This document shows positions 13,137 to 25,604 of a DNA stretch of 64,000 bases, piece after piece. The position numbers and the translations under genes were made by a program. The stretch is from positions 124,001-188,000 of the forward strand of contig JAPEUD010000015.1 of NCBI GenBank assembly GCA_026026165.1, given 5' to 3'. Source of the DNA: Sarea resinae. Its lineage: Eukaryota. Below the pieces are notes generated by a model. That model was not told where the DNA came from. It saw only the letters and a program-made list of their open reading frames with translations, and did not search any database. The first letter of the stretch is position 1. Every line of letters begins with the position of its first letter.

Positions 13137-16100
13137 CTTGCGTGTCTGCGTGTCTACATGTCTGCACGTCTGCATATCTCTTGAGTAGGCTTGCGTCTAG
13201 ATTGCTTCTTCTTTTCTGATTGTTCTTCTCTCCTACATACTTTTGCACATGTTCTTGGGTTTCTATATGCTGGTAAGAACTCAATTTGGAGTTGGATGGG
13301 GACAGGAGTACTCTACTGCGTGTAGTGGCGCGTGGACGGGGAATTGTCATGGCAGCGTTTGCGGCGTTCCCAGCGCGATCGAGCGAAATCACAAGCGGCC
13401 ACACTAAGGCCGGGCTGGATGTGAGGCCCGTCATTGAGGGAGCAGTTGATGGCACGGGAATTCGGAATGCCGACATTGATCTACTGTTTTAGTCCGAGGT
13501 CATGACAACATTGCAGGCGGCAAATAGACCGCCGAATAACCCCAACCTCTGGGCGGGCTTCTTATCGGCTTCGAGGACATGGAAACGCGTTGACGTGCTG
13601 GACGTAGGGGTAGACCGCAGGGCCCGGCTAGGTCGAGTAGGCTAGCAAGACACATGAATTGACCAAACGACAACGCAGAGAAAGAATGACAGTTCTTTTT
13701 TTAGTGACTTCTTCCCTCCCTCATGCTCTCACGTTCAACTTCAATGAAACAAGAGCTGGCTTTGACAAAGGCTTGGTTGAGTAGACTTCATCCAGACAAT
13801 GGAAATCAAAGGGATCGACTCGTTGATCAAACCATCCAGGCCAGAATGACACCGGACGGTCCGTACCCACAAGAATGCCCAGCTCCCCAGTAGGACAAGT
13901 GGTAGGAAATAGCTCCGATCCAGACCATCTCGGCATGTTCAGCTCCATCTCATTGATTGATGATTGCTGCTTCCGAGCTTCTTTGATCATGCCGCATCAA
14001 CTGACCCCTTCACCGCCTTCACAAAGAACTTGTCCTGCGGTTGAGTTCGAGACGCCAAAACACTAGCTAGACCCCCTCCCGATCCCCAGCGGTTTGTCAG
14101 AAGACCCTGAGACCGTCTGTTTCCGTCCCATGAACTCTGTCTCGGCTCCGCCCGCCCGCCCGTCTCTGCCCGAGATGAGATGAGAGATGGATTGTGACAC
14201 GGTAGGTGAGCTGCCAGACATGATCTATCCTGGCACGGCCACGTACGATCAAGGAGAGAGATCTGACGAGGTCAGAGTTCGATTGAAGGAGGTAGACGAC
14301 ATCACCGCTTCGACATAAAAACAATGCCAAATTCGTGCCAGATTCGTGCGGCTTTGTATAAGGCTGATGTTGATTGATCAGACAGTCGTCTTCGCACGCT
14401 GCAATTCACTCTCCATTACTATGAGAGGTACTAAGATCCATGATGTCAACTCGCAAATCCCGTAGCCCTCTCCACCGCCTTCCACTTCTCTTCTCCACTC
14501 TTCTCTTCTCTGCTCCACTAGAGTCTGAAGCACGCTTCTCACTCGCCCTGTCTCGCTCCATTCCATCACCCTCTTTGCTTCCAGCGCTCCTTCTGCCCCA
14601 ACGCAGATGATACACACGGTCAAGGAACGCAAACGAGCTGCACCGACAACCTCACTCGACGTGCTGTCCCCAATTCGTCGTCGTTCCACCGCATCTCTTG
14701 GGAAATGAATTAATCAACACAACTATCAACGGTCCACCGTCATACCGCCCCACGCTTCCATGCCAATGCCATGATGTCCTGCCATGCGATGCCATGTGAC
14801 ATGAAGACCGACCAATCCAGCTCTGGCCCACCACATGGATGTCTGACCTTGCGTGCGATCCATGACATGTCTGACAAGCAGGGATTGTGTTCAACTGTAC
14901 TCCCCTTCCCTTGTTCCCCATCCACACCTCGGCCCTACCAAGTCAGGTTGTCTGAAAGAGATGGATGGAGAGTATTACGCCATGGCCGATCGGCGTTGAA
15001 AACCGAACCTTGAATCCCCGCCCTTAGCAGTCGTGAGCGATCCTGGCCGGGTTTCGGATGGAGAGGGGGGACGTTTTATGGGGCCTAAAGGCGGTGAAGG
15101 AGGGCGCGATGAGCGCGAGCGAGCGAGCAGGCGGGCAAATACTCGAATAGATGCACGAAGCCACGACGAAATCACGATGCAATTGGGTGATAGGTGGACG
15201 GACGGGATGGAGTAGCTCGGTGAAGACTACCTACTGCACAGTAAGGCAGACTCGAAAGCCGACTACCTTAGCCTTTAGGGCCTGTAGCATACCTATACCT
15301 ACCTTACTGTAGACTCTGTCGTGACGACGGTTTGGTCGGCATCCATGGATGGGTGGCAAGTTGATCTCTATTCGCAGCACGTCTCTCTTCAGTCCTCACC
15401 GCACACTCTAGCCTTTCGTACGACGGTCTTTTCTTTTCTAGTCCGCCCATTGCTCCGCGGGCCTGCCCTCATACTGTCTAGTCCTCACTCTGACTTTGTG
15501 ATGTCGATGTGGTGTTCCAACCGCATGAAGCCATTCGATGCGGACTACTTTTAGATACCAGTGGCTTTCTCGAGTACAACCATGGCGGATCGTCCTGCTG
15601 GCGAACGTGGTAGTGTGCAATTGCTGACGGGAGAGAGTTCTGGCACGAACGCGAACGAACCGGTGGACAATGCGGAAATCGAGGGTGCGCTCTTCTCTTC
15701 GTGATTGTCTTTCCTATCTCCCGTCCGTTACTGCAGGTGTTCGTTCTCATCGTGCACTTTCCCATCATGAACGAGTCGAGGTCGGTCTCGAGATCACCTC
15801 ACATCTGGGAAGCACGAGGTCCTTGCAACGTGATCTCGGATAGGAGGTAATACTCGATTCCACGTAAGGCTCGTTTCCGAAGAATATTGGACTGCTCATC
15901 GACTCCATCGGGCTGGATACTGCGCCTGCGCGGCTCCCCATCTGGACTTCTTTGGATCCAGCGAACGGGTTCCTGCACCCACCTCATCTCATCTACCCTG
16001 GGACCTCATCTCCACTCCTCGCTCATCTTGATCCGACCCATCTCGTCTATCCGTCCCATCTTCATTTCATCATCCTATTGATCTCCCTACGTTACCTGAC

Positions 16101-17592
16101 CTCCCGTCTAATCCACTGATGCTCACACCCGTTCTACAGCTCTACCGTTCGCGTTTTTACTGCTACCCGTTCGATCGAGTCCACTACCATATCACATCTT
16201 GCACAAGTATTAGGACAGACAACGGAGATGGGCTTGTACTCGGCATGTGCGGATATGGCGGTAGGTGGTACGAATGTGCCATATGGCAAGGCACGTCGCA
16301 GGGTAGATGTCTATCTCGGTTGTACAATCAACGGTTTGGGCCATGGACATGGCAGCAGCAGCAGCAGCAGGCCGCACTTGACAGCTGTCCGGATAGGTAC
16401 AGTGGACGGCTCTCTAGCAAGCCCGCTTTGCGCTGCTGAATGTGCCCAGCTGAAAAGGAGAGTTTGACAGCGTACTGACACATAGCATACTCGGTAGGCA
16501 TGCAAATGTGGCCACAGAGGGACAGGACTTGGGACCAGTGAGCAAGATGGATGCACATGCGCGGGGTTGGAGGTTGACAGTTGCTTGACAATCGACATGT
16601 CGCTTGACAAGCTGGGAGCTGCTCGACGACCTCGACGACCACGACGACCGACACGCAGACAGCATGACGCTTGACATTTTGACAGTTGCAGAGTCTCATG
16701 TCGACTCTAAAGGCGTTTGAGTTTGTTCGTGGACTCGAATTGAGTGGGTTCGTGTAACAGTCGGTCCCGCCATGCGGATACGACGGATAGAGCAGTTCCG
16801 GAGATGCAGATGAGTAGAGCCATGTAGGCAGTAGCAGTAGCAGCAGTTCCAGCAATACTCGGTCGTCTCATTGAGTTTATGATCATGTCAGCGAATGCGC
16901 AGCTCGATCCCAGCAGCGCGGGAGACCCAATAATGGGATGGGATGAGGATGATGGATGGGATGGATGGAATGGATGGGGATCGGATTCCATCAGTGTTGT
17001 ACGACGTATCCATACGTACTTTGCACCGAGAGAGTAATGAATGTCTTCCGCTCCACATTGTCTTGCACGGTACGAAGTATTCAGCTTACGACTTACGACT
17101 GCGACGATCAAACCCGTGGGTGGCAGCTACGATGGAGATGACTATCCAGGCCGTGGCGTGGCCAAGCCCTGGTGGACGGCGATGGCAATGGCGATGGTGG
17201 AGATGGACGGTGAATAAGGCACTCGAGGAGAATGGGCATCATTGATCATCATTGATCATCATTGATGGATGGCGGCCATGTGGCTGGACTCTGGACTGGA
17301 CCCCGCGGCTGTGGCTGAGATGTGTAAGCAGTCTCTGCCAGATTGGGCGAGCGGTGAGCAACCTAAGCGTGCACGAAAGGGACCCTGGACCAAGGACCGC
17401 GAACGAAACGATTGTCTGGAACGGCCACGAAAGAGAGCTTCAATATTCAGTCCGATTCAATGGATCCAGCATCCATCCATTCCATCTAGCCATTGTAATA
17501 GTCACGTCTCCAAACCAAACAACGCGGCAACCACACACTAGTGCTATCGTCGCCTCCACCACCCCATCCCCTTCCCTCCCGGACCAGCCAAA

Positions 17593-19090
17593 ATGTCCAT
17601 GACCACCACAGCCGACGTGCCCCTCCTCATCGCCTCCCAGGGCTCCAACACCACCTCCTCGGAGCGCCGCGTCACGCCCGCCTGGTCTCTCGCCCACTTC
17701 AAGACCAAGCTCGAGCCCATCACCGGCATCCCGCCATCCTGCCAGCGCCTCACCTACCGCGCCTATGAGACGCAGGCGCCCGTGCCCATGGAGGCTGGCG
17801 CGGGTGAGAGCGAGGACGACGTTCAGGTTGGTAGGTGGGCCTTGGTGAGGTATGGTGTCGTCGAGGTATGTTTGTATGTGTCTGGGTTGTTGCTTTTTGC
17901 TCGTCTTCGAGTGCAGTGGCGTCGTGTCGAAAGCTGTCTTCCTTGAGGAATTTACGCTTTTTTGTGTTTTCTAAAAATCAAGGCACTGGAGGCAATTTGC
18001 TCTTCGAGGTCGGAGAAGCAAAGAGCCTGTTATTTGGTTGTGAAGAGCTGTTGGGTTCACTGATACTGGACGTTCAAATTTTCCTATCACTCCCTATTTC
18101 TACTTATTACTTGGCGCTCTTACATGTACGCCTCGCTTCGAATCCGTTTCAAGCATATTCCCCGGAATCGCAAATCCAAAATCCTGCTCCTACTAACCCA
18201 CGCGTCACAGGTAACAGACACACGGCCGCCCTCGATGCGCGGTCCAGCCATCACAGCCGACGACCCCAGCGTAGAAAAATACCGGATGCCAGAAAGCACG
18301 TACGAGGCGCTCCCATCGACAGTGCTGTCGTGGAAGAAATCGCAGAAGCTGGGCCGATTCGACCCGAAAGCTCCCGTAGTTGAGAAGATGAAGGTTGAGG
18401 CGTTGGAGAGGGAGGTGGTGGAGCGAGGTTGGTTTCATTTTTTTTCCTGTCACTGTTGGGGAGAGGGGTCATCTTTTTGCTGGTCGTCTCGGTGATGTTA
18501 CATCCATTACTATCTCCCCCTGGTCCTATAATACTGCGTCTCTCCTCTCATCTCATTTTTACCCCCACCTTTTCTCCTTCTTCTCACTCCACCCCCACCA
18601 TACCCATACAACCACGCCGAGCTCGCTAACCTCTCCGACATTAGGAATCCGCCCAAGCCTTCGATGCCGCCTGATCCCTTCCTCTACGCCCCGACACGGC
18701 ACGATCCGGTACGTCGGCCCGGTCCCCGAACTGCCAGGACTAGCTGGACCATGGGTCGGCGTCGAGCTCGACGAACCCACGGGACGCAACGACGGCTCCA
18801 TTGCTGTTCCCGCTGGCCCTAGTCCTGGTAACGGTTCGGCGGGTAAAGACAGCGACAGGGATATCCCCGGAAATGGCGAAGGAGGAGATGAGGATGAGGA
18901 CGGGGATGCCCAGAGCAAGGGCAAAGGCAAAGGCAAGGACATCCGCACGACGGTCGACGGAGACCGCAAGAGGTATTTCTCGTGCGCGGCCAACCGCGGC
19001 GTTTTCGTCCGGCCGGAACGCGTCGAGGTGGGCGACTGGGGCGTCGTGGATGAGTTTGAGGGCTTGGATGAGGAGGACGAGGAGATTTAG
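17593..19090 (+). CDS. ALP11: Tubulin-folding cofactor B (ubiquitin-like domain plus CAP-Gly)
   Basis: SSERRVTPAWSLAHFKTKLEPITGIPPSCQRL, then VTDTRP...VEKYRMPESTYEALPSTVLSWKKSQKLGRFDP, then CAP-Gly GTIRYVG...WVGVELDEPTGRNDGS...RYFSC...GVFVRPERVEVGD, ending EEI. Introns about 17866-18210 and 18428-18644. Confidence 0.94.
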
Positions 19091-19339
19091 GTTCGACGTG
19101 TGGCTGCTTGTGTGTGTTTGATCGCCATCGCCATCGCCCTTGCCGTCGCCCTGGGCCCTTGGGTGTGGCTGTGGCTGTAACTGTAGCTGTGGCCAAGGCG
19201 GTCAAGGCGGTCTTCACGTCTTGTACATAGTATACCTAGTCTATAGAGGGCGACGGGGGGCTAGAAACACAGCCTCAGTGCCCGTGACGCCAAGGACGGG
19301 GATCATCGCTAGGATCCTACTTTAGAGAGGTCACCGGGC

Positions 19340-19629
19340 CCGAGTCCGGGTCTAGGTTAAGAAGAGAGGGCTAAAGCTATCTTACCTTAGTAGCTAAGGT
19401 AGCTAAGGTAGCTAGCTACAGTAATTACTACACTGCCTTGCTAGCCTCTAGGTAACTGTCTAATTCTTCTTTCTCTTTCTAGTCTGTTTAGTTAGATAGA
19501 TAGAGATTGTATAGGAAAGGAACTTTAAGAAAGACTTATAGACGTATTTTTTTTACTATCTTTATAGTTATAATAGTAGAAGAAAGAGAGAATAAGAAAG
19601 AGAGAATGAAAGAGTAAAAGAGTAAGAGA

Positions 19630-19682
<53 letters not shown>

Positions 19683-19715
19683 AAAGAGAGAATGAAAGAG
19701 TAAAAGAGTAAGAGA

Positions 19716-19766
<51 letters not shown>

Positions 19767-20700
19767 AAAGAAGAAAAAGAGTCTAGAAGGTTAGATTTAT
19801 AGATATAGAAGTGTGTATAGATAGATAGAAATATAGATACCTTAGGTAGAGGTAGATATATAAACTTTACTAGTCTACTACTACTAAGTCTGTTAATATA
19901 CACTTACCTACCTAAGGTATATACTAGAAAGTCTACTCTAAGGTAAAGTAGGTACTCTATAATAACTTAGCTTATCTACTTAGGTAGGTAAGGTATAGTA
20001 CCTAGCACTTTTAACTTACTTACTTACTTTAGCTTATTTACTTTAGATTACTTACTTACTTACCTACCTACCTATCTATCTAGATTACTTAGTTAGGTGA
20101 TCTAGAAGTTCTACCTACTACCTATTTACTTATATACTTACTTACTTATCTATTTATAAATCTATCTCTTTACTTATTATATAGTGTACTACTCTTTCTT
20201 CTTCTACTCTTTCTAGGTTAAGTTAGCTTTAAATCTAACTTAAAAAGAGAAGAGAAGTAAATAAGAAAATAAAAGAATAAAGAAAGAGAAGAGAAAAGTA
20301 AAAGAGAGAGAAAGAAAAGAGAGAGAAGGAAAAGGAATTATTTAGGCTAAGAAAGAGTAGAAAAGTAAATCTCTCTCTCTTTCTCTCTCTCTCTATATGC
20401 TTTCTTACAAGTAACTTATTACACTATAGATATACATATATATAATATATACACACATATAAGAATCGTACCTGCTATAGCTATATTATACATAGTAGTA
20501 TACCTATACTAAAACAGGTACTAATCTAGCTAGGTAGACAGCTAGCAAACTAATAAGCAAGTTTAAACAGTCTAGTGATTGTATTAAGAAGAACAATCTC
20601 TGTCTTACCTAATCCTGTCTGTTACTAAGGACAACATTTGACACAACTCCTACATTATCCTACCAAGGATAATACTACTAGGCACACGCAAAAGAGAAAA
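19340..20700. repeat. AT-rich RIP-like degraded segment with (GA)n tracts and an internal tandem duplication
   Basis: Sharp drop in GC, many TpA dinucleotides and few CpA/TpG. An approximately 85-nt unit (gaaagagagaatgaaagagtaaaagagtaagagagtaag(ag)n) appears twice at about 19596-19770. Confidence 0.75.
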
Positions 20701-20993
20701 AGAAGGCCTAGAGGGTCCTAGACAAGAAGGAGCCTATCAACAGCTACAGCTAGTGCAAGTGCAAGTGCCAGTGCCAGTCCGTCCGGAAAGCAAAGCGAAT
20801 GTAAAGAAAACGGCAACAGCAGAACCCCAAACCCCCAAACAAACGAAACAGAGAAACGACGACAAAAGGCGCTGACAGAATCATCATTATCATTATCATC
20901 GGCATTATCCCACCCCATCCCATGATCTCATCCTATAGCATCTCCTCTCCTCCCGACCAACCACACAATCGTTCCAGCCACTGCTGACTCCTG

Positions 20994-23900
20994 CTACTGC
21001 TGCTGCTCGGCAGAGACTTCACACCCCTGGGCGAAGAAGATGCGAGCTGGGCGGTCGGTATGATTGGCGATACTGTAGAAATTACCTAGAGAAGAGGTTG
21101 CACGCGGCGAAATTGTTAGCCCACAAGGTCTCATTCCAAAGTACGGTACAACACCACACAATAACAAGCCGTGTTGAGTGTGGCTGTGATAGAGCAAAGG
21201 AAGGGCTTCGGCGTTTCCGAGAGGGTACAGATTAGATCCGAAAGAGGAAAAGGAAAGAAAGATGTGGTCGGTATAGGACACCATAAAACCACCGGCTTGA
21301 CAAATAAAACAGATTGCCGACTCCAAAAAGGGCGCAAGTAAGCAAGAAGAGAAAAGGTGCACGCAGACAGGCAGGCTCGTCGATCCGGACTGTCGGATTC
21401 CGTTGTGGCGGACATGTACAAACAACCAACAAACAGCTCGATTGGTATGCCCACGCCTCCACACCGGAGAAGCCATAGCATGCGTCCAAGAAGCGAGGCG
21501 GACGGCGAACGACGGAGAAGAAGAGCAGGTGGGAGCGGCTGCGAGCAAGGGAAAGGTGACGTCGTGTAACATCGCGTAAGGGGAAATGAGACGGGTTCAG
21601 GAAATGCGACCCGACAGCTGTAAGAGGCCGCCGCATGACGATGGAATGAGACAAGATAAGGAAGGACTAGACAACGGTGCAGGGGTGAGGAGCCCGTCAG
21701 ATGGGTAATCTTCTGCAGAGATGGTGCAGAGCTCCCCATCGCTCCACTGCCAGCCACCAACCGCCTCCTGCTCGCGCAGCACAACGGGCGCCTCAGCAAG
21801 TCCCCAAATTGTCAAGCGAACCGAAGATGCGGTCACAGTTGGCATGGCTGTCAAGCACGTGCAAGGACAAAGGAATCGTGGGGCCGACACGAGTCGTGTG
21901 GTTCGGCCCGGTGTACTAGGCCCCGCAGCCAAAGCTTCTGCGACAAGCAGACAAACGCAGGGAAAAAAAAGGTATCAAGAAATTGCGGTGAAGAATTCAA
22001 AACGTGATGGTGGTTCACTAACCTCTAGGAACTTGCCACATGCCTCCCTTGCCAATGCCAAATTGCGTGTTTGCAACAGTGACTTGCACCCTGCCGTAGT
22101 ACACAAAGAACACCATCTGCATCTTCCTGGAATTCTTCATCTTCTTGACCCCTGCTGGCGGCAAATCCACCATGCCGGAGCCGAAGAAGGGCAGCGTGAG
22201 GGTCTTCGCGTAACGGAATGTCGTGTTTGCCACTTCGCGGGTTTCAATCGCTGATGCGGCGTATGCAAGCTCTATACCGGGATTAGTATCATGTTCAACA
22301 CGGGAATGAGGCAATCGGCGCCAGAATCAATAGCGAAAAACATACCAGCCTCCTCGACTTGGTCATCCAAACTGCCACCCAGTGCCTGATTCCAATTTTT
22401 GACGGGTCCGATCAAGGTGCCATCTTCCCTCTCCCAATCTTCCTGCTCGTCTTCGTCCTCGTCCTCTTCTTCAACGGCCTTTCGTTTTCTCCCTGCGCCC
22501 TTGGGTCTCCCACGGGCTCTTTTAGTAGGCTGATGCTCAACCTCTTCTGTCCGAATGATCTCCTTGATGGACGGTAGTAAGATCTTCTCGCCCACGCGCC
22601 CTTCTCCTTCACCGTACACGATGCGCTCGTTGCGCCAGTAGGCCAGAGGCTTGACAGATGTCCTCCCAGAGCGCGTGACGTGGGCGCCGTCATCTTCCAT
22701 GGGTGTTTCGCGCCGGAGGATGTAGAGACTTCGCGGTTTGTCCGGCCTCCCTGCGCTACTGCGTGAGATGGCAGCCTCGATTATCCGTGACGGCGGATCG
22801 TCGGCTCTTTTCGCGGACGTGATCCTCGCATTCGGATCGCGCTGGCCCGGCGGAGGCCGAGAAGCCTTTTTAGCCTTGGGAGGGTGCAGATCTTGTGAAC
22901 TACTGGCAGAGTCCTCCAAATCGAGTCGAGGAACTTTCGCCGGCCGGCCTCTCTTCCTGGGAGGTGGTACTGCTTCGGCAGGTTGAGGCTGAACTTTTCG
23001 CTGTGCTTTGGTTTGGAGTGGGGAGCTCTTGCGAGGTCTCCCCGGCCTCCGTTTCGGGACAGTTTCCCGCTCAACCTCCTCCTCCTCCTCCTGCTCCACA
23101 CGGTCTAACCTAGGACTTGAGGCATCTTCATGGATGATATCTTCCGTATCGTCGCCGTGCGGTACCGGAGAGAAGTCGTCACCGTTCGTAAGAGCCTCGA
23201 TATGATCATCCACGCCATTGACAAGCGAATCATCAGCTTCAACGTCATCCGCGATAATCTGCGCAGCAGTAGTCCGTCTCCGTTTCCCTCTGCCTGATGA
23301 AAGCTGCGACAGCTCATCCGAGGTCTTCGACGCGATGCTTCCACCGCCGACTGACTTTCGCAAAATTTGCGGGAAGGAACGCTTGGAGGGACTAGGCGAC
23401 GGCTCCTCCACCTCTTCTTCAACGCTCTGGGTTATGTCATCCGTAGAGAAATCCAACTTTCTGTTGACCGCTGGGTGCGACTGCGCTCGATGAGGGGTGC
23501 TATGCTCTTTTCGAATTGGTGATGACACGGCCGCTAACGATGACTGTCTTCTCGCGGGAGAATTGAGGGACGTCTTGATGGGAGAGCGGGCGCGTGGAGG
23601 TGGGAGAACTGGATTCCGGTTGCCATTGAGGCGGCGCACACTTAAAACTTCAGTAGGCTCTGGGATCGTGCCTATGCACAATTAGCATCATATAGATCCA
23701 GCGACTACGCTAGGGTGCAATTTCGGAATTGCCCCATAACCTACTCTCGCCAATCTCCATCTCTTCCTCCGTCAGCGTGCTGTTGTTCTTCCCCTTCCTG
23801 CCCTTCTCCGGGGACTTTGCTGGCGAGGAGAAGACGCCATCAATGACTTCCAAGCCATGTTCATCCCTTAGGCCCGTATCCTTGAGAGTGATGCCAGTTT

Positions 23901-24044
23901 TCCTACAAAGGAATCAATACTGATTGGCTGTCTCAACTGCTTAGGCAAAGATGTAGATCGTTCTCGCACTTACCTCCCTTGAACGCCAGGCTCAAAGAAA
24001 TTGTTTTCGCGAGCTCTTTTGCGCGGAGTCCCTGCAGGAGCCAT
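20994..24044 (-). CDS. MIF2: Kinetochore protein CENP-C (Mif2/Cnp3)
   Basis: N-terminal MAPAGTPRKRARENNFFEPGVQGR|KTGITLKDTGLRDEHGLEVIDGVFSSP. AT-hook-like RRPGRPRK and RKRGRP. CENP-C motif TRSGRTSVKPLAYWRNERIVY. C-terminal cupin PFFGSGMVDLPP...KNSRKMQMVFFV...WQVPRG|NFYSIAN...ARIFFAQ. The last intron is 21086-22022. Confidence 0.95.
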
Positions 24045-24518
24045 GACGATTGGGATGCGCCACGCGACGCCGTGACAGCGCGCACGAAGATGGGGCTATG
24101 GCCAAAGGACGAAGAGGTAGAGATTAGAGTCTCGTTACGATGGAGTATATCAACTCGAATATTGGAGAAGTGACGTGGAAGCGATAATTGCGACGGTGAT
24201 GATGCTGCTGATGTTGCTGTTATGGTGTTGACGTGATTGAATTGGTGGTGGTGGTGATGGTGGTGATGATGGATGATGATGGTGGTGATGATGGATGATG
24301 GATGATGGATGACCGAGGACGAATGAGACGACGCGATCGCTACTGAAGGGTGCGGGCGGTTGGCGCCTCTTGGCATTTCACCCGCCAAAGATACACACAA
24401 CGCGTCTCCCCTCGACACGCTCTGTCCAAGTCGCATCCTCGACAACCTCATTTCCTTCCTTCCCCTTTCTCACCATCTTCACCAGTTGCTCTCCCATCAT
24501 TGACGCTCCACCTGCGAA
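24045..24518. promoter_or_regulatory. Probable bidirectional promoter between MIF2 and RNH201 with MCB-like elements
   Basis: Divergent ATGs at 24044 and 24519. ACGCGT at 24400-24405 and ACGCGA at 24062 and 24331. Confidence 0.45.
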
Positions 24519-25604
24519 ATGGAAGAAGATTCGATGCTCGACTCGCAGGAAATCATCCAAGAGACGCCCGCGGAAGACGTCTTCATTGCGCCCTCGATAG
24601 ATGCAGACCAGATCCTCTCGGGTGCCTCATACGCGCACTATACGCCAATTCCCGAGACAATCACGCAGGACATGAGCACCGAGTGTGTCTTGGGAGTCGA
24701 TGAAGCCGGACGCGGTCCAGTGCTAGGTATTGCTTCCCAAAGACCTCCATTTCCGGGATCAGACTGACCCGAATCTGTCTCAGGACCCATGGTCTACGCT
24801 CTTCTCTACCTCCCTCTTGCATCCCACCATTCCCTGCTAGCCAAAACCCACCACTTTGACGACTCTAAAGTCCTCACCCCTGCCGTCCGCTCCTCGCTCA
24901 TGCAAACCCTCTGCACACCGCACACAGACCTGCATCAACAATGCGGCTGGGCCGCCAAAGTAATGTCAGCGCGCGACATCTCGGCCGGCATGCTGAAGCC
25001 GGCGGGAACGTACAATCTAAACGCACAAGCCATGGACACGACGATCGAGCTCATCAAAGGCGTGTTCGCCATGGGCGTCAACATCAAGGAAATCTACATC
25101 GACACGATTGGCAGTCCGCAGGTGTACCAGAAGAAGCTCGAGAGAATCTTCCCGACGACCCAGGTCACGGTCGCCAAGAAGGCGGATTCGCTCTATCCGT
25201 GCGTCTCAGCGGCCTCGGTGTGCGCTAAGGTGACGAGAGACGCTGCGTTAGAAGTTTGCTATCGGACCTACGCCTCGGAGGCCACAAATAGCGACAAGGA
25301 AGAACAAGTCGAAGGTTGGGGTTCGGGCTACCCGTCCGATGCACGCTGCTCTAGTTGGCTCAGGCGGAACATGGACCCCGTATTTGGGTGGGGAAGCGAA
25401 TGTCGATTCAGCTGGGGCACGGCAAAGGATCTGCTCGAGAGCAAAGCCGCTGGCGGGACGAAAGTCGTTTGGCCCGCGGTCGACGAGGAAGACGAAAGCA
25501 TGAGAGTAACGGACTACTTCTCCGCTACTTCCGGCGCGCAAGGGGCAGCCGATGAGGGTTTGGCGAGCTGGTATGGCACAAGCGTCACAGAGCAGGTCTT
25601 CTGA
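24519..25604 (+). CDS. RNH201: Ribonuclease H2 catalytic subunit A
   Basis: CVLGVDEAGRGPVLG|PMVY, FDDSKVL, YNLNAQAMD, IYIDTIG, KKADSLYPCVSAASVCAKVTRD, WGSGYPSD, RFSWGT. Intron 24727-24783. Confidence 0.97.

Noticed and set aside
14440..14528. Possible C/D-box snoRNA (ATGATG ... CTGA)
   Set aside because: Imperfect C box, low-complexity pyrimidine interior and no terminal stem or recognisable guide.
21086..22022. RNase MRP/P, telomerase RNA or snR30 hosted in the MIF2 intron
   Set aside because: Only a partial GCAAGTCCCC look-alike, on the antisense strand. No telomere template and no snR30 m1/m2 motifs.
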